From Sphagnum compactum (lineage: Eukaryota): 64,000 nucleotides of DNA. The first letter of the stretch is position 1; each line of letters starts with the position of its first letter. This document shows positions 12,420 to 26,842 of the stretch, one piece after another. The DNA is taken from positions 9,848,213 to 9,912,212 of the forward strand of contig OZ234493.1 of the NCBI GenBank assembly GCA_965153455.1. The letters are read 5' to 3'. Made by a program: the position numbers and the translations under genes. The notes below the pieces were generated by a model, which searched no databases, was not told the origin of the DNA, and saw only the letters and a list, made by a program, of their open reading frames with translations.

Positions 12420-13510
12420 TTTGAAGATTAATCATACATGCTGGTACGTTGCCACTAAAATTGTTTTGCCGGAGGTGGAAGATTAACAAGTTTGCCAAAT
12501 TTGTCATTGATTCTAGTATTACACCACTTAGTTCCTTCTACAAGACATCAAACTATGACAAGCTTATGAGGTTTCCAATAGTTGCAAGCAGTTCCCTTGA
12601 AAGCTAATTTGCATACAACTCAATCACTTCAAGATTTGGAACCTCCATCAAGCTTAATGTGATTGAACATGTAAGCTGATTTTGTGAAACATCCAAGTTC
12701 ATGAACACTGTCAAGTTTGCAAAGATATCAGGTATTGTCCATTCAACAAGTTTCCCTTCAACTAGAAAGTTTGAAGTGTTGTCAAGCCTCCCAAAAATCC
12801 TGGAATCTGGTTAGTCAAGTTACAATATGCAAGGTCAAGATGTTGCAAGCTTGGCATCATGTGAACCCACTCTGGAATTAGCCCCTTAGTGAAGTTGTTG
12901 GAGCTTAGGTCAAGCACTTTGAGCTTAGTGAAACTTACAAACCATGAAGGTATAGCTACAAGTGTGAAATTTGCAACGCCAAGATGTATTCCAGTCAGGT
13001 TTGTGAGCTTCCCAAGGCTAGAATGCAAAACTCCAATGAAGTTTGTAGTTTTGAGATTCAAAATGCCGCCAACTCCCCAAAACTATCAGGGATTGATCCT
13101 ACTATATTTGAATATGAAAGGTCTAGTATTTGAAGTTTTGTCAACTATGAAATCATTGTGGGTAGAGGACGTTTGATGTATGTGATATTCAAGTTCAAGG
13201 TCATGAGGTTGCTACAATTGAGCAAATCAAGAGGAAAGTAGCCACCCATGTTTGTATTTCCCAGGTCCAGGCTATAAAATTTTTCAACTGACTTGTAACA
13301 ACCAAAAATAACTATCGATGGTGTTAATGCCATGTATTTGCAGCTCACAATTTCAAATTGTACTAAACCTCATAATTTGCTAATCTATCCATGAAGGAGA
13401 AGTTGGAATAACCACTCTAGTTTCCACATCTTAAAGATCAAGATGACCTCTTAACACCAAGCACTATTGTTGCCTACCACTATTAAGCAGACCATTTCGC
13501 CAACCATATT
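12420..13510 (-). pseudogene. Decayed leucine-rich-repeat receptor(-like kinase/protein) gene, ectodomain
   Basis: Plant extracellular LRR consensus (LxxLxLxxNxxxGxIP) appears in several frames: SLDLGNTNMGGYFPLDLLNCSNL, LKVLDLSSNNFTKGLIP, LQHLDLAYCNLTNQIPGFLGGLTTLQ, LRQNNFSGNVP. Broken by frameshifts and stops; no clear kinase domain. Confidence 0.85.
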
Positions 13511-15562
13511 AGGGAAAACCTAATATGATTAGTGATAGAAGACCATAGGAAGTGTAAGACTTGCTTGAAATAGTACACTTGGAAACATGTAGCCTTTTGG
13601 ACTAGATTATTTGGCTTCATGTTGACTATTTGCATAAAATGAACATGAAGCACTAATCAACAAGAACATTACAAACCTACTAATCAACCAAAACCTTCTA
13701 TAAGAAAATTTAACAACACAATTAAACAGAAATTGTATAAGGTAGAAAAAAGGTAAAGGAAGGAGAAATGGAATTAAGAAGATACCAGTGTTGTTAACAT
13801 TATTAACAATATTGTACAATAAACACTCACCCACCGAACCAAACAAGATAAAGGAAATAGATTAAGAACATTGAAGTTTCAATAGAGACTTTGACATCAT
13901 TGGGTGAAGCTCATCTTGCATTTGTTGATTGAAAGAGAAAAAAATTAACTGAAAAACCACATGTACAGAAGAATGCATGGAACAAAGTACAACATTGTAA
14001 TGATAAAGTTGGGCAACTACATTGAATGCATAAATCAAATACTTGTGAACTAAGTTCTTAGTGAATGCAACTAATGCCAAGACAAGAACAAACTCCAAAT
14101 AATAACAAAGAAAGCAAATATTTTTATCTTAAGAGAACATGGTGATGATGACAATAAATAACAACAAACTTTTTGACAAAAATTGCAAAACAAAAGAAAG
14201 GATCATCAACAAGTTTATTGTTCCTGCTTGAGCCAATCTGAACAGAAGGGAGCTACATTGGAAACTTGTGAAAAAAAGGACCCATTTGAAGGAGCTTTGG
14301 GTTTGATTAGCTCTTTACCTAGTACACCTTTTGGGAATTTCGCCCGAAATATTGAACTTGGACATATTCATGTCAATGATTGAGTTCCTGTGCATGTGAC
14401 TCCTATCTAATTGCAAGGAAGGAGATATGTTGCCACCCATATTGTAAGTTGATGCTACCATCTGTGATATTATTCATGAATTGTAAGAATACCTCCTCAG
14501 ACAGTCCCTTTGCAAGCTTAGCGACAAGGAGCCAAAACCTAGGCAACAACAACATTATGGCTCATAAAAATGTCAAATTCCAAACAAAATTCTTGATGGC
14601 AACATATTTTTTCATGTTCAAAAAGAAAGATATGAACAATTGGAAAAAAAACTTGAAGTTGATTATAAAGTTGATTTTCTTTATCTTCCTACTTCCTTTC
14701 TCTCCTCTTCTTTGGACACTCTCATGGTGGTGATACCAAACATCTAATTTCCACAACAGCCACAAACCTCATCATCTTGACAATATCCATCATCTCTCTT
14801 TAGCCCTATTCTTGCATACCCCTTCAAAAAAGAAAAACCTCTTGAGGGTGTTGCAAAGCTCAAAAGTGAAACAATAAAACCACAAATCTGAGCAAGCAAA
14901 TTTGAAAACCATTTTGTGTTTATTCTTAGAATCAGCTTTACATAAATTTATTTCATTAGTGGTAACTAATTCCTATGAAAGGTGAATTGTGGGGGGATTC
15001 TTATAAAAGTAATCAAATAGAAAGGATTTTTGTTTGCGGTAGAATTTTTTTCTTTGGTTTCAACACAAAAAAGTGGGGAGAACTTTACAGAAAGGTGAGA
15101 TTGTGAAGTGAACCAAGTGAAGTTGGAATGGTACATGTCATGCCATTATTGGTCAGATCCTTGCATGAAGAAGTAACTTTTAAGTTCTCCAAAGTACATA
15201 ATCAAAAACTTCTTTCTAATCAATGTTTTAAAAAATTGCCACCATAATATAGACCAAAACATATTATATATATCCAAGAAGGGAATACATCACTATGGGA
15301 AATCAACTAATAAAAAATTGATGGAAGTGCATTAAGTGTGACCTTGCACGTGCAAGAAACACAATTGTTGCCCTTCCATTATCCTTCTGCTCACCTCCTT
15401 GTGTCACAAATCACCCATTAAAGTAAATCAGTTTTCAGTTCCAGTTTCTCCTCATCAAGACAATAACTAACATTGTAAAGATGACTAGACATAAACCTAT
15501 TGCACTTGCAAGATCTCTAAACTATACCTAGTAAAGGTCTATAAGATCACCAAGAAATTTGA

Positions 15563-16090
15563 TTAGTGCCACAATTGTTGTTGCTGGCTTGGGGCCCTTT
15601 CATCCACTAGGATAAAGCCATATAGATCATCCAATATAATCAAAAAGGGTGCATGGTCGATGTCCTCAACTACAACGTCTTCCAGTACCTTCCGAATCAT
15701 CCCTACTTCTTTTCCAACTAACTTACCACAGCTCATGATGACCTTATATGACTCCAAATCAGAACCTAATATAACCATTGAGACGAACCCATTGAAGATA
15801 GGAGGAAACAAAAAATGTGATATGAATTAGGAAGTAAGCAAGTAAAGACTTTACAAACACATTTTCTTTCTCACGTGCCATTCAACCAACAAAATATTGC
15901 CCTTTGAAGGTGAGAGTAGATGAGCACACCTATGAGCCAACACATTCTGGTCTTCTTCAAACATCTGAACTAATGCAAAGGCCAATCGACTTTTCCCACA
16001 GGCTTGCAAAAATGTTAACATGTTAGTGTGTGTCCCATGAACTAAAAGCAGACACCCACATTCCCAAATTGATTGTCAAATGATCAACCA
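15563..16090 (-). pseudogene. Possible decayed F-box (kelch/associated-domain) gene remnant
   Basis: Fragments LLSPSKGNILL...FPPIFNGFVSMVILGSDLESYKVI resemble the xxSxGLL...LPP...M...SYKVI pattern of plant F-box proteins. Heavily disrupted. Confidence 0.3.
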
Positions 16091-19000
16091 CCCCTCACAC
16101 CAACTGCATGTACATGCACCTATGCAACAAACAAATATGAAGAGAAAACTATGGCTACAAGTTTGAATCTACATTCTAACATAACTTCATTTCCACAAGA
16201 ACTTACAAATACTACAGTGGTTAAGAATACCAATTACATAGTGACAAACGACCATTAATTCTAGGAATACCAAGTCCTTTGGACTAGTAAGGTTGAACCC
16301 AACTTACTGGAAGTCCATGCAAAAGTAGAGTTCCAGGAAGAGGAATCCTAATCTTCATCTTTTTCCGAACACTAGGAAATAATAGCATGCGTAATCGTAC
16401 ATTGTAAATCACTTGTTTCCAGTAGAAAATAACAACTTGTTCCCCTTGTTCCTGACCTTTCATTCCCATTTGATACAAATTAGTTTGGTGACCCCTGTTT
16501 TGTTGAGTATAGTTTTTGATTGTCAGACACTTAATAAAAACAATAGATTTTTTGGACCACGCCCCTACCATATGTTGGTGGTGACAAAGACATCGAGCAT
16601 TACAAATTAAATGACTATTATAATGCCCACTCCCGCCAACAATGTCACAAATGAAAGTTGAATTCTTTTGCTGCAACAAAACAATTTTATTACATGTTTT
16701 GTATAAATGACATTCAATTGAACTATGAGTTTAATGTGCCATTAATTCTTGTGCAAAAATGGGCTCCAATTGACAGATTGTACATGAACCTCATTGAATA
16801 CTTGACAATTGATTTGACCAAAATATTGAAATGAATCTTTCCTCTCTTGAGTGTTATCTACCTTTTACAACGTCATTGGCAAATTCAACTATCATTTCTG
16901 CATGTGTAAATTCAGAATCAGATCCTTCCATCCATAGAGGAAACATTGAACATAAAGTGCAACATTTCATTCAATGTTATAAATTTTCAAAGAAGAGCAT
17001 ATCAAATTGATGTACATATTTCTTGGAATAATTGCGCTAGAATAGAGCAATATAAAGCAAAACCAATTTGCGTTTTTCATTGAATCTGTGCACATGGTAT
17101 AATATGCCCTAAATTTTCAAGTAGCTAAAGAGAATAAAACAAACACTCATAGTAGCTTCAAAGTTTGTCCAAAATCTAAACATTTTGAGGAATTTCCAAC
17201 CTTAAGGATCAAATGTAAGCCAAAGACTATGTGTGGCCAACAACACATTAAAAGAAACACATCGATCATTAAATCGGGGATGAGGACAAAGCCTAGAGGA
17301 AAAACCAAGAAAAATCTCACAGTGCTGTGATAGGACAAAAACATCATGAAAAATAAGAGGCTTGATGTTGATGCTTCATTTTAGATGTGGCAAAAATCAA
17401 AACTGGCGTGAGGAGGCCTAAAAAGCTTGCAAAGGTTCATCGCATTCATGATGTGTTAAGAGAATCGGAAAAAAGTAGGAATGTACCAAAAGTGAATCTG
17501 AAACTGTTGATGAGAGCCTTGTTATAGATGATAATTGTTATCAATGAAATCACTGACAAGCACAATGCTCCCATAGTACCTATATGATGACCCGAAGCTT
17601 TTGCCATAATTCACCACTTAAATGTAACAACAATCACACTTTTTTTTTCTTCTTTTTCCTCCTCCTCCTTTGCCACAAAAAAATGAAAACAATGTGTAGC
17701 ACCACCATTGTTTCTTTTTATTATGATTGGTGTTTCAGATGATAACAATATTGACAATAATATCATCGATTACTGGCATGAAAAATTTCAATTAACTAAA
17801 AACGATGAGAACATTCTTCTCAAATAAGTGGTTGAATGACTAACATTTAGTAGCTGTAATGCAAATATTGTATGTTCAAAAATTACAATCCTTAGGATAC
17901 TGACAACACCAACGTTTTTTTTAGTGGTGAAATATCACCAAATTTTGACCCAGAATCTATTCCTTTTACCTATAAGCTTAAAAAAAAGGTTAACTTGGGC
18001 ATAATAGGGTTCGCCTACCAGTTCTTTTAAACCCTAATAACTACCACTATGTATACGAGCTTGAAACTTTTCTCATTTCCAAATAGCTCCATTGTGTTGT
18101 CTAGAGTTGCCACAACCCAACGGGCCATTGTTGTGTACCACTCACTGCTTGTTGTTGAATGTGAAGAAGTGCTTGTCGCCATCACTAACTATGCAACTAG
18201 GATCACCATCACCACTTGCTTCCAAGTATCTATAACTTGTTAAAATAGTTTGTCAAATTTTAGAATTTGTTAGTTGAATAAACGTCTTCAACATTCATGT
18301 GTAGAGACTAGAGCAAAAAACCTAGGAGTCGTTAGATTTGGTATTGTGACAAACCCACTGCCCAATGAGTTGTCATTTGTGAGATCGTCAACCAATGATA
18401 ATGTTTTTGGATTCGATGACAAGCACTATAGCAACAAGAATCATCTACAATTTTGCAGACTTCAATGTTCTAGCTTGTTGCTTGGAGAGCTTTCAATGGA
18501 AAAACGGGGTTTAAAATCCTAAACCCTAACTTTTGATTTATTTGTTTACAACTTGCAACTTGCAAGGTTGTTGTAAGATATTGTTGTTGTTGCTAGTAGT
18601 GTTGTTCAATGTAGACAATGCATACCTTATGATGTGCTTGTAAATACAGAGCTTGAGGAATCAAACCAAGGTATAAAACACTACTATACAATGTAGATTC
18701 AAGAGATAAATGTTTTTCCATTGTTCTTTCTCGTGATTTTTGCAAAGTTAAATTTAATCCATCTCAATTTTCAATGTTGCATTTTGTACACATTCTAGAC
18801 TCCAAACTCCAGAATCATTTTGAATCATTGTGAATTGTGAATTATAACTTGTGAATTGTGACTTGTCTGTCCAAAGTCAAAAACCATCTTCAATTGCATT
18901 ACCATTGTGAACACTAAGCACTAAGTTGTAACTTGTGACCAATCTGTCCAAAGTATAAAATCTAGAATCATCTTTAATCACATTACAGTTTTCCATTGTG

Positions 19001-19289
19001 AATTGTGACCAGTCTGTGATTCTATTGAAATTCTTGAGTGTTTATAATTCTGGTTAGATTTTTGAATGTTTAAAATTTTGGTTTAGGGTTTAAAATTCTT
19101 TTTCCATTGAACATGGCCCCTTTACAACCTCCAAAGAACTTTAAGTCCCACAAAAAAATTTCTCATACAAAATCCAATAATGTAGTATCTTTTAGTACCA
19201 ACCAAACCCTAGTTTTGGCCCCTATTATTGAACCTCTCTCTCATGCAAATCTTTGGATTTCTACTGAGGAGACTAAGAGGAAAAGGAAA

Positions 19290-21238
19290 CATATGAGCAA
19301 AATAGGGTGTTTCAAGATGTTTGGAGTGCTAAACGACCTTTCGTTAAGTCTGTGGTGGATGAACAAGGAAAGTTACACCTTGTGAAATGCAAGGTTTGTT
19401 CTAAAATAGATGGTAAAGACAAGATGCTTGCCCCTAAAATTGACATCCTTCAGAAACATGCTGGAAGATGGAAGGCCTTAGTGGTAGTCCTTGGAATTTG
19501 TGGTGTTGGTAAATATTACATGAACAAAAACTTTGTCCATGTTAAGAATGAAAGGCTATATGCAGCACTAGGAAAGATTCAATTTTCAAGCAAGTCTATC
19601 ATGTCGTTGTTTGAAAAAGGAAAAAGAAACCAGTGTAGTTTTCTACCTGTTTTCACATGCTGGTTGAAGGAAGGCCCATGATTGATTTTTGAAAGCATGA
19701 ACAAGCTGGTGCATTTCCTTGTTGTTAAGAACTTTCCAAAAACCCATTAGTTAAACACAAGTGGTTGGGAAATGGCATCTTGCATGCATGACTTGGTTGT
19801 TAACAAAACCAAAACACTTGTTGAGGCTGTTAGGTTCATTTCCCATTCCTATGATAAAATGACAATTTCTGATCAACAATCCTAGGTTTCCATTCATGCC
19901 TATGTTGTTGAAAATTGGCAATGGATTCCATTGTTGTTATCCTTATAGTGAGTGGTTGATGGGGCCACTTTTGATAACCTAAAGCGCATTTTGGTGGATA
20001 CGATGGTTCTTTTTGGTGACTTGAATTAGGATAACATTGCATCTAAACTAATCACTTTTGGAGTTGATGGGGTGAATTTTTTTCAAGGTGTCAAAATAGG
20101 TGTGATAATCCAATTGAAAAATCAAAATGCACCATTCATGATTGGTGCGCATTGCATGAGCCATCGCACTAATTTGGCGGTCCAAATTCTTTCCAAGCTT
20201 AGCATTGTGCGAAAAATTAAAGATGTGATACAAAACTTATATGCATGTTTTTCACATAGTCCAAAAAGAATTCAAGAGTTCATTGAATTGGCCGACGTCG
20301 TGGAAACATGAGGTCAACAAATTCTGTGGAACATCAAAACCTGTTGGATTTCGATGCTACTCCCAATTAAAAGAGTTCTATCGAAATACCAGGCCTCGGT
20401 TTTGAAAATGCATCAAGATGTTGGCATGTTAACCAAGCTACCCACAATTTGGAGTTGCTTTGACTTAGAGGTAATGCTTGGGCTCTCTTGTATCATGCCC
20501 TTGCTTGAGGGGCTGAATGAATTGATAAAATTCACCCAGTTTTGACAATGCTTTGTATGTGACTTTGTTGGCACTTCCATCATGATGCATTCCCATATCT
20601 TGAGACATCTATCTATGTGCATGTGATGCATGCTATTTTCCAACAAACCATCAACAATGTGCAAGACAATGTTTTGAAGTGCAACCAAGGTCAGTGATGA
20701 ACTAAAAAAACAATTTCCAACCCATGATGTGATGGATGCTTTTAGGTTAGTTTGCCCACAATACTAAAACCTTCATGTTAATAGACCTTTCCTATTCATA
20801 TGGCTATCTTGAAAGCTTGGATCATCCCAAACTTGGATCTTGACTATTCTTGATGCGAACATTTTGGACCTGCAATTTTTTTTTTAAGATCACAATGAAG
20901 TGCAATGCTCAATGGGTTATGGACTAGCCCATGGATGTCAATCTAGTGTCCAAACTTTGGAAGAAACTCTCTTCCAATGCATTGTTATGTGTTCGACTTT
21001 TTGAGTTCATGAGAGTGGTAAAGTTGGTTGTGGTCCAGATTAAGGGATATATTGAAGATGAGAGAACCTTATGAACTTTGATGTTCATGAAAACCAAACT
21101 GCAAAATCAGCTTTGTGAGCATTTAAATTTGGTAGTGCGCATGTTTGCACAACCATTCTATATAGTTGATACTGTTCCTTATGATGATGCAATAATGGCT
21201 TGGATTAATGAAAAAGAATGAAGGGGTCTTCTAGCTTG
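19290..21238 (+). mobile_element. Decayed hAT-superfamily (ZNF862-like) transposase, copy 1
   Basis: N-terminal W..K.P...CKVCSKI.GK.K.LAPK.D.LQKHAG, central FGVDGVN..QG and HCMSHRTNLAVQ...FSHSPKR, C-terminal LWKKLSSN...EDERT..TL.FMK.KL.N.L.EHL.LVVRMF. Many stops and frameshifts. The element probably spans about 18000-21420. Confidence 0.85.
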
Positions 21239-22300
21239 ATATTTTCTCGAAAATAACCTTACTTTTCCATGATGTTGACTAGTTGCACTATGGGTAAATC
21301 TCTCCTTGCTATTGGTCCCATTTGACTTTCCTTTTATGATCAAACTAACATGTGGGTTGTAAGTTAGGATCATGTGTTACAGTTGGGTGCAGGGTCATCT
21401 TGGACAAAGGTTCAACTCCTTCACATGATTTGTTAAGGGTACAGTCACAAAATAAGGAGCTGAGGGCACACCCTTAGTAAGGATTTCAATGATTGCTTAT
21501 TCCAAAAGATTTTTAATATATATTAAGAGTATTCCATTTGTAAGTTGCAAAAAGTCATAAAAATGTCCTTTTGACTCCAAAAAATGTTGAATTATACTTT
21601 TATGTGAATATGTGTTTTAAGAGTCTTTTCAAAATTATGTCGAGTCATTTATGAGTTTTTCCAAGTAGTAAAAGCACTATAAAACATTGGTTACAGTGCT
21701 TAAATAATGTTTCTGAGAATTCAAATTTCATTATATTCATTTAATTTTTACATGTGTTTTCACAATATATTAAAAAATTATCATTAAAACATATCAAATA
21801 AATGTACAATATTAATATAAGTTGTAATAATAAAACACAAAAAACAAAGTAGTGGTTACACTTCCAATGGCTCCTATATTTGTGAATGTACCTTTAATTT
21901 ATTTTTTCTGCATTGTAGTCTATTCATATGATTTCAATTTTTGTCTCTTATAAATTAATTATGTTTCATCCGTAATTTCTAAGTTGTAGTTCAAATAGTT
22001 TAAACCATTAGCCATGATATTTTCACTAATCTTTGCCATTCCAATCTTCCAACACTTGCCAAATGACTCCACTATTTTTTTTACTATCACCTAATTAAAT
22101 TCATACTTTGTCAAAATTGAAATAGCCATTATTAACACATTGGCTACAACTTGAAATAGTCAAATACACCAACCTTCCAAGGAGAAAATAAACATATTTT
22201 ATCTTTAATTTTCTCCAATATAGTTAGTAAGAAAACAACCCAACATATTAGTGTAGCCACTTGAGCTTCTAGCTTAAGCACATAGTAGCCAGTAGGGCCA

Positions 22301-22678
22301 TTGTCAATAATCCTTAAAACAAACACTAAGCAACACACATATGCAATCATAAGAACTATACGTAGATACCTAACCAATTGTCTTCAACATATTTTCATAA
22401 ATAATAATCATTGGATCTTAGTTCAAATACACACATTCACACTAGACTTACACTACACAATATATGATTCAAATAGACCAACAATGAAAGAATTACCAAA
22501 TGACACTATCTCATTACTAACTAACAATATAAATGTAAAACACTTATTATATTCATATGTAAGTATGCAACAATTGGACAATTTATCTTGCAGACTTTTC
22601 ACAATAACATATGTAGCCGATTTAACATTTGGACTAGTCCCAAAAAAATCTATTTACAATCTGCATTCAAACACATGA
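22301..22678 (+). pseudogene. Ulp1/C48-like cysteine protease fragment, probably transposon-derived
   Basis: LQHIFINNNHWILV...IYDSN...MQQLDNLSCRLFTITY.ADL.FGL.P carries His, Asp, Gln and Cys in the order of the Ulp1 catalytic site. No clear N-terminus. Confidence 0.65.
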
Positions 22679-22899
22679 TAAAAATAAAATGGTAGATCAT
22701 CATTGGTAGTGCATAGTAGCATAGAGCCCAAGTTTATAATTTCATAATGTAATAAATTTTTATCAACCCATCATTATGACATGTGTCAAAACTTTGCATG
22801 GTGTGTGTATGTGTATTGGGCTACATACCCAACAATTATTATGCTACTAGAACTAGTGCCTAGTTGTAGAAGAGTGGATATTGGAATTAGGGTTGAATT

Positions 22900-23160
22900 T
22901 TGTAATGTAGTCGTATTGGCAATCATCTACTAAAGGAATTAGCCGAATTTGGCTACAAGTTAGAGAGGAAAGTAGAAAAATTTAAGAGTCCTCCTATATA
23001 TTTTGGTGACCTATTGGAACCTATGGTTGAAAATTGGCAATTTCATAATTTTTTTCCTTAAAATTGTCACTTTGGAGCATTTTTCCCCCAAAAATCCTTT
23101 GTATGAATCATAAATGAATTTTGTTTTGATGGAAGTGGTGATATTTTGCCCCGCAAAGTT
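22900..23160 (-). repeat. Dispersed repeat R1 copy
   Basis: Aligns with 11030-11200. Confidence 0.7.
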
Positions 23161-26100
23161 TTTTTGATTGGAGTAGGTAAATTAGTTTTTAATACATTTT
23201 TAGTACCCAATTGCAATAATATGATCAATTATAACACTATAGCTTCATTTCCAACAATTTAATTAGTACAGAAAACTGGTTTGAAAGGCTATTGCTAAGA
23301 GTGTTGATAACATGATAAGTTTGATGTGAGAAAACAATTGTGTTTTGGTAATTAAACAAAACCTCCAATTGGTCTTTGCAATGATATTGTTTGAAGGAAA
23401 AGACCAACACTTTTCAATACCCACCAGAATTTTTTTTGGTGGCAAAATATTGCTAGATTTTGACTTGGAATTGTTGGGTTCTACTTGCAAGCCTAAAAAA
23501 TAGAGTCATTCTTTTGGCCATATTCACCTAAAACTTACATATTCCTACGCATAATTCGCTTAATGTTTCTTCTAAACCCTAACTCCCATCGCCACACGTG
23601 GCAACCTTGCATCAAGTCTTGTAGCCATGCGGTTTCTTGTAATTGTTTTTTATCGCTAACACCTTACAATGTCATTTTGCTTTTCGCCAGTAATAATGCA
23701 ACCGGTCAACATCATGTTGTAGCTGCTTAGCACTTCATTCCATCATGGTATTGCACTTCTTCCCACTTCTTACAATGGAATATCGTCAATATGCACACTT
23801 CACATTGTAAGCATCGGGTGGGCTACAATAAGCAACAAGCGACGAGCGGTGGGTGGTAGTCAAAATTCTTTGGCGAATGTTCACTATTCAATGTTGAGTT
23901 GGAAAATAGCAACAGAATCTAAATTTCAGATCAATTGAACGATTGCTTTGTGTTCAATGCTATGCCACCCCCCCCCCCCCCCTTACAAAAATCTAGATAT
24001 GATACTCTAACCTAATGCAACTTGCAAGTTGAAGGCCAAATTTGCATTTTTTTGTGTTTAATGACTAAATTTTACTATATATCGAATTATTCAAATAGTG
24101 CATTCATGATGCACAATTTGGATGCTAAAGTTGATTGCGGGAGGGAATCGAGAATTGACAGTTGGGATAGGATCTTGATCTTGAAATTCCAACTTCCAAT
24201 TCATTATGAGCAACAAACATTGGCAACTTAGCCCTTTACAAATCATATGAGGTACTGAAATTTCATTTCCTAGCTTTTTGCATTTTCTTATGAGCTTTCA
24301 AGGGTTGAAGCTTGAGTGAGGTTTAGGGTTTAAAATTTGTTATAACTGGTTGTTGCACTATTATAGCCTACGTGTGTTGCTTCTGCATCGTTGTCTGTTT
24401 GCCTTCATAGTGTTTAAAGTTTGGATTTTCAAAGTGAGGGGAGAGGATTAGGGCAAAAACACACTAAGGTGTCATAATTTCGGCAGATTAAAGTCCCTTT
24501 TCAAAGTCCTTTTTTAATGTAATTGAAAATTGGCTTAAAATATGAATATTTAGATGATATTGAAAATATTTCTTTTTCCATTTTCAATTTCAAATCATGA
24601 TGTTATAAGACATATTAAAAAATTTCAAAATAAATTATTTAAAAATAATTATTTTTAAATGCTTAAAAAAAGCTTAAAATAATTATAATTTTTGAAAATT
24701 TAAAAAGTTCATAACATAATAAATTAAAATCACATTCCATTCATTCAATGGATATTTGGTTTTTTAAACATAATTCATCCAATGTCCCAAACACATAAGA
24801 TGAACACATTGTAAAATAAAAGTCCATATCCATGAGTTTTGCAAGTGTGACAAAAAATTTGGGCAAAATTCAAAAGTCCATTACTTATTAGCTATCCACG
24901 ATTTTGATTTGATTTTTTCATTTTTGAAAGTTTGATTATGATAGCTTTAGATAAGTGAGTCCATTTTTTATTATTTCAATGGATCTTATTTTATTTATTT
25001 TCTTGTACCTAAGGAATATAGGAAATACTACCATTGTCACATCCATATAAGGTCACCGTAGTGTGTAAACACCCATTAGGGTTTAGTGTTCTTTCTAGGT
25101 TTTATTTTATTTCTTCCTCCATTAAAGCATGGTGCTTTTACAACCTCCGCAAAACTTTAAGTTTCGTTAATTATTTCTGCAATATGAGTTTACTGGTACA
25201 ATTGCAGGATTTAATAACCAGACCCCAAACATTGCCCAACTTCTTCTAAGCCTCCTTTTGAAGTGAATCTTTGGATTTCTGTTGAAGAAAAAAAAAGAAA
25301 AAAAAAAGTATGACAGAAATGGATGTTTCATGATGTTTGGAGTGCAAAACTCCCTTGGGTTGAGTCTGTGATGGATGTTGATGGGAAAATGCATCAAGTC
25401 AGATGTAAAGTTTGTAGTAAAATTGAGGGGAAAGAAAAATTACTAGCCCCTAAATTGGATAGTCTTTGGAAACATTGTGGTAGGAAGAAAACCTTAAGTG
25501 ACGTCCGAGGGGTCTGTAAAGTTGGTGAGTACTACATGAACAAAGATTCGGTTCATACTAAGAATGAATGGTTGTTACATAATAGTTAGGATAGATTCTA
25601 TTATTAATTAGGTTTCCCATGTTGCTATTGGTGAGAGGAAGAAGAAGCTAGTCCAATTTTTTGTTTGTTTTCATTTGTTGTCTTAAGGTAGACCCATGAC
25701 CAATTATGAAAACACGAGCAAGTTGTTGCAGTTCCTTGATGTCGAGAATTATCCCAGAATGCATTAGTCTAATAACATTGGTTGGGAAGTTGTAGCCTAT
25801 ATGCATGAAGTTGTTGTGAACAAAACATGGAATTTGTTGTAGAATGTTCAATTCATTTCCCTTTCTTGTAATGAGGTCACAACTTGTGACCAACTATCAT
25901 GGGTTTCAATACATGCATATGTGGTTGAAGGTTAGCAAATAATTCCTTTATTAATGTTGTTTCAACAAGTGGTTGATGAGGCCATTTCAAATAACTTGAA
26001 GCACATTTTAGTGGATGCTCTGGTTTTATATGGTGATTTGACATAAGAAAGTATTACATCCAAGTTGATCACATTTGGAGCTGATGGAATGAGTGTCTTT

Positions 26101-26842
26101 TAGGGTGTTAGAACAAGTGTGATAGTCTAATTCAAGGACCAGACTACATTGTTCATGATTGTGTGCATTGCACGAATCATCACACAAATTTGGCTATTCA
26201 GACACTGTTTAAGATGGGCATTGTGGGGAAAATTAAAGATGTTATGCAGAGCTTGTATTCTTATTTTTCTCATAGTCCAAAGAGGACTCAAGAGTTCATT
26301 GAGCAGCTAACATCGTAGAAACAAGGGGGTAACAAATTCTCAAAAACATTAAGAGGCGTTAGATTTCAATGATGCTTTTAGCCAAGAAGATTTTGTCAAA
26401 ATACCATGCCTTGGTCTTGAAGATGCATAGGGATGCCAACACTATCATGTAAGTTGCTCATAATCTGGAACTTCTTTGCGACTTGGAAGTAATGTTGGGC
26501 CTCTCTTGCATCATGCCCATGTTTGAAGGGTTGAATGAATTGATCAAATTTTCTTAATCTTGAGAATGTTTTGTATGTGACTTTGTTGTTATTGTGAAAT
26601 TATGCCAACTAGGTTTGTATTGTTGGTATAATGACCCCAAAATGCTTACTTAAGTGATGTGCTCCATGGTTATTGGAATTTGTTGAATGAGACTTCTGAT
26701 GTGGTGGTGCATGAGTGGGCACCTAACCTAAATACAAGATTGGAAAATTTCAGTTTTCAGAATGTTGGCGTTTTTGTCATGATGCAATGCTATTGCCCTG
26801 AAACAACATTATTTATCTTTGTGACGTGTTCTCTTCTAACAT

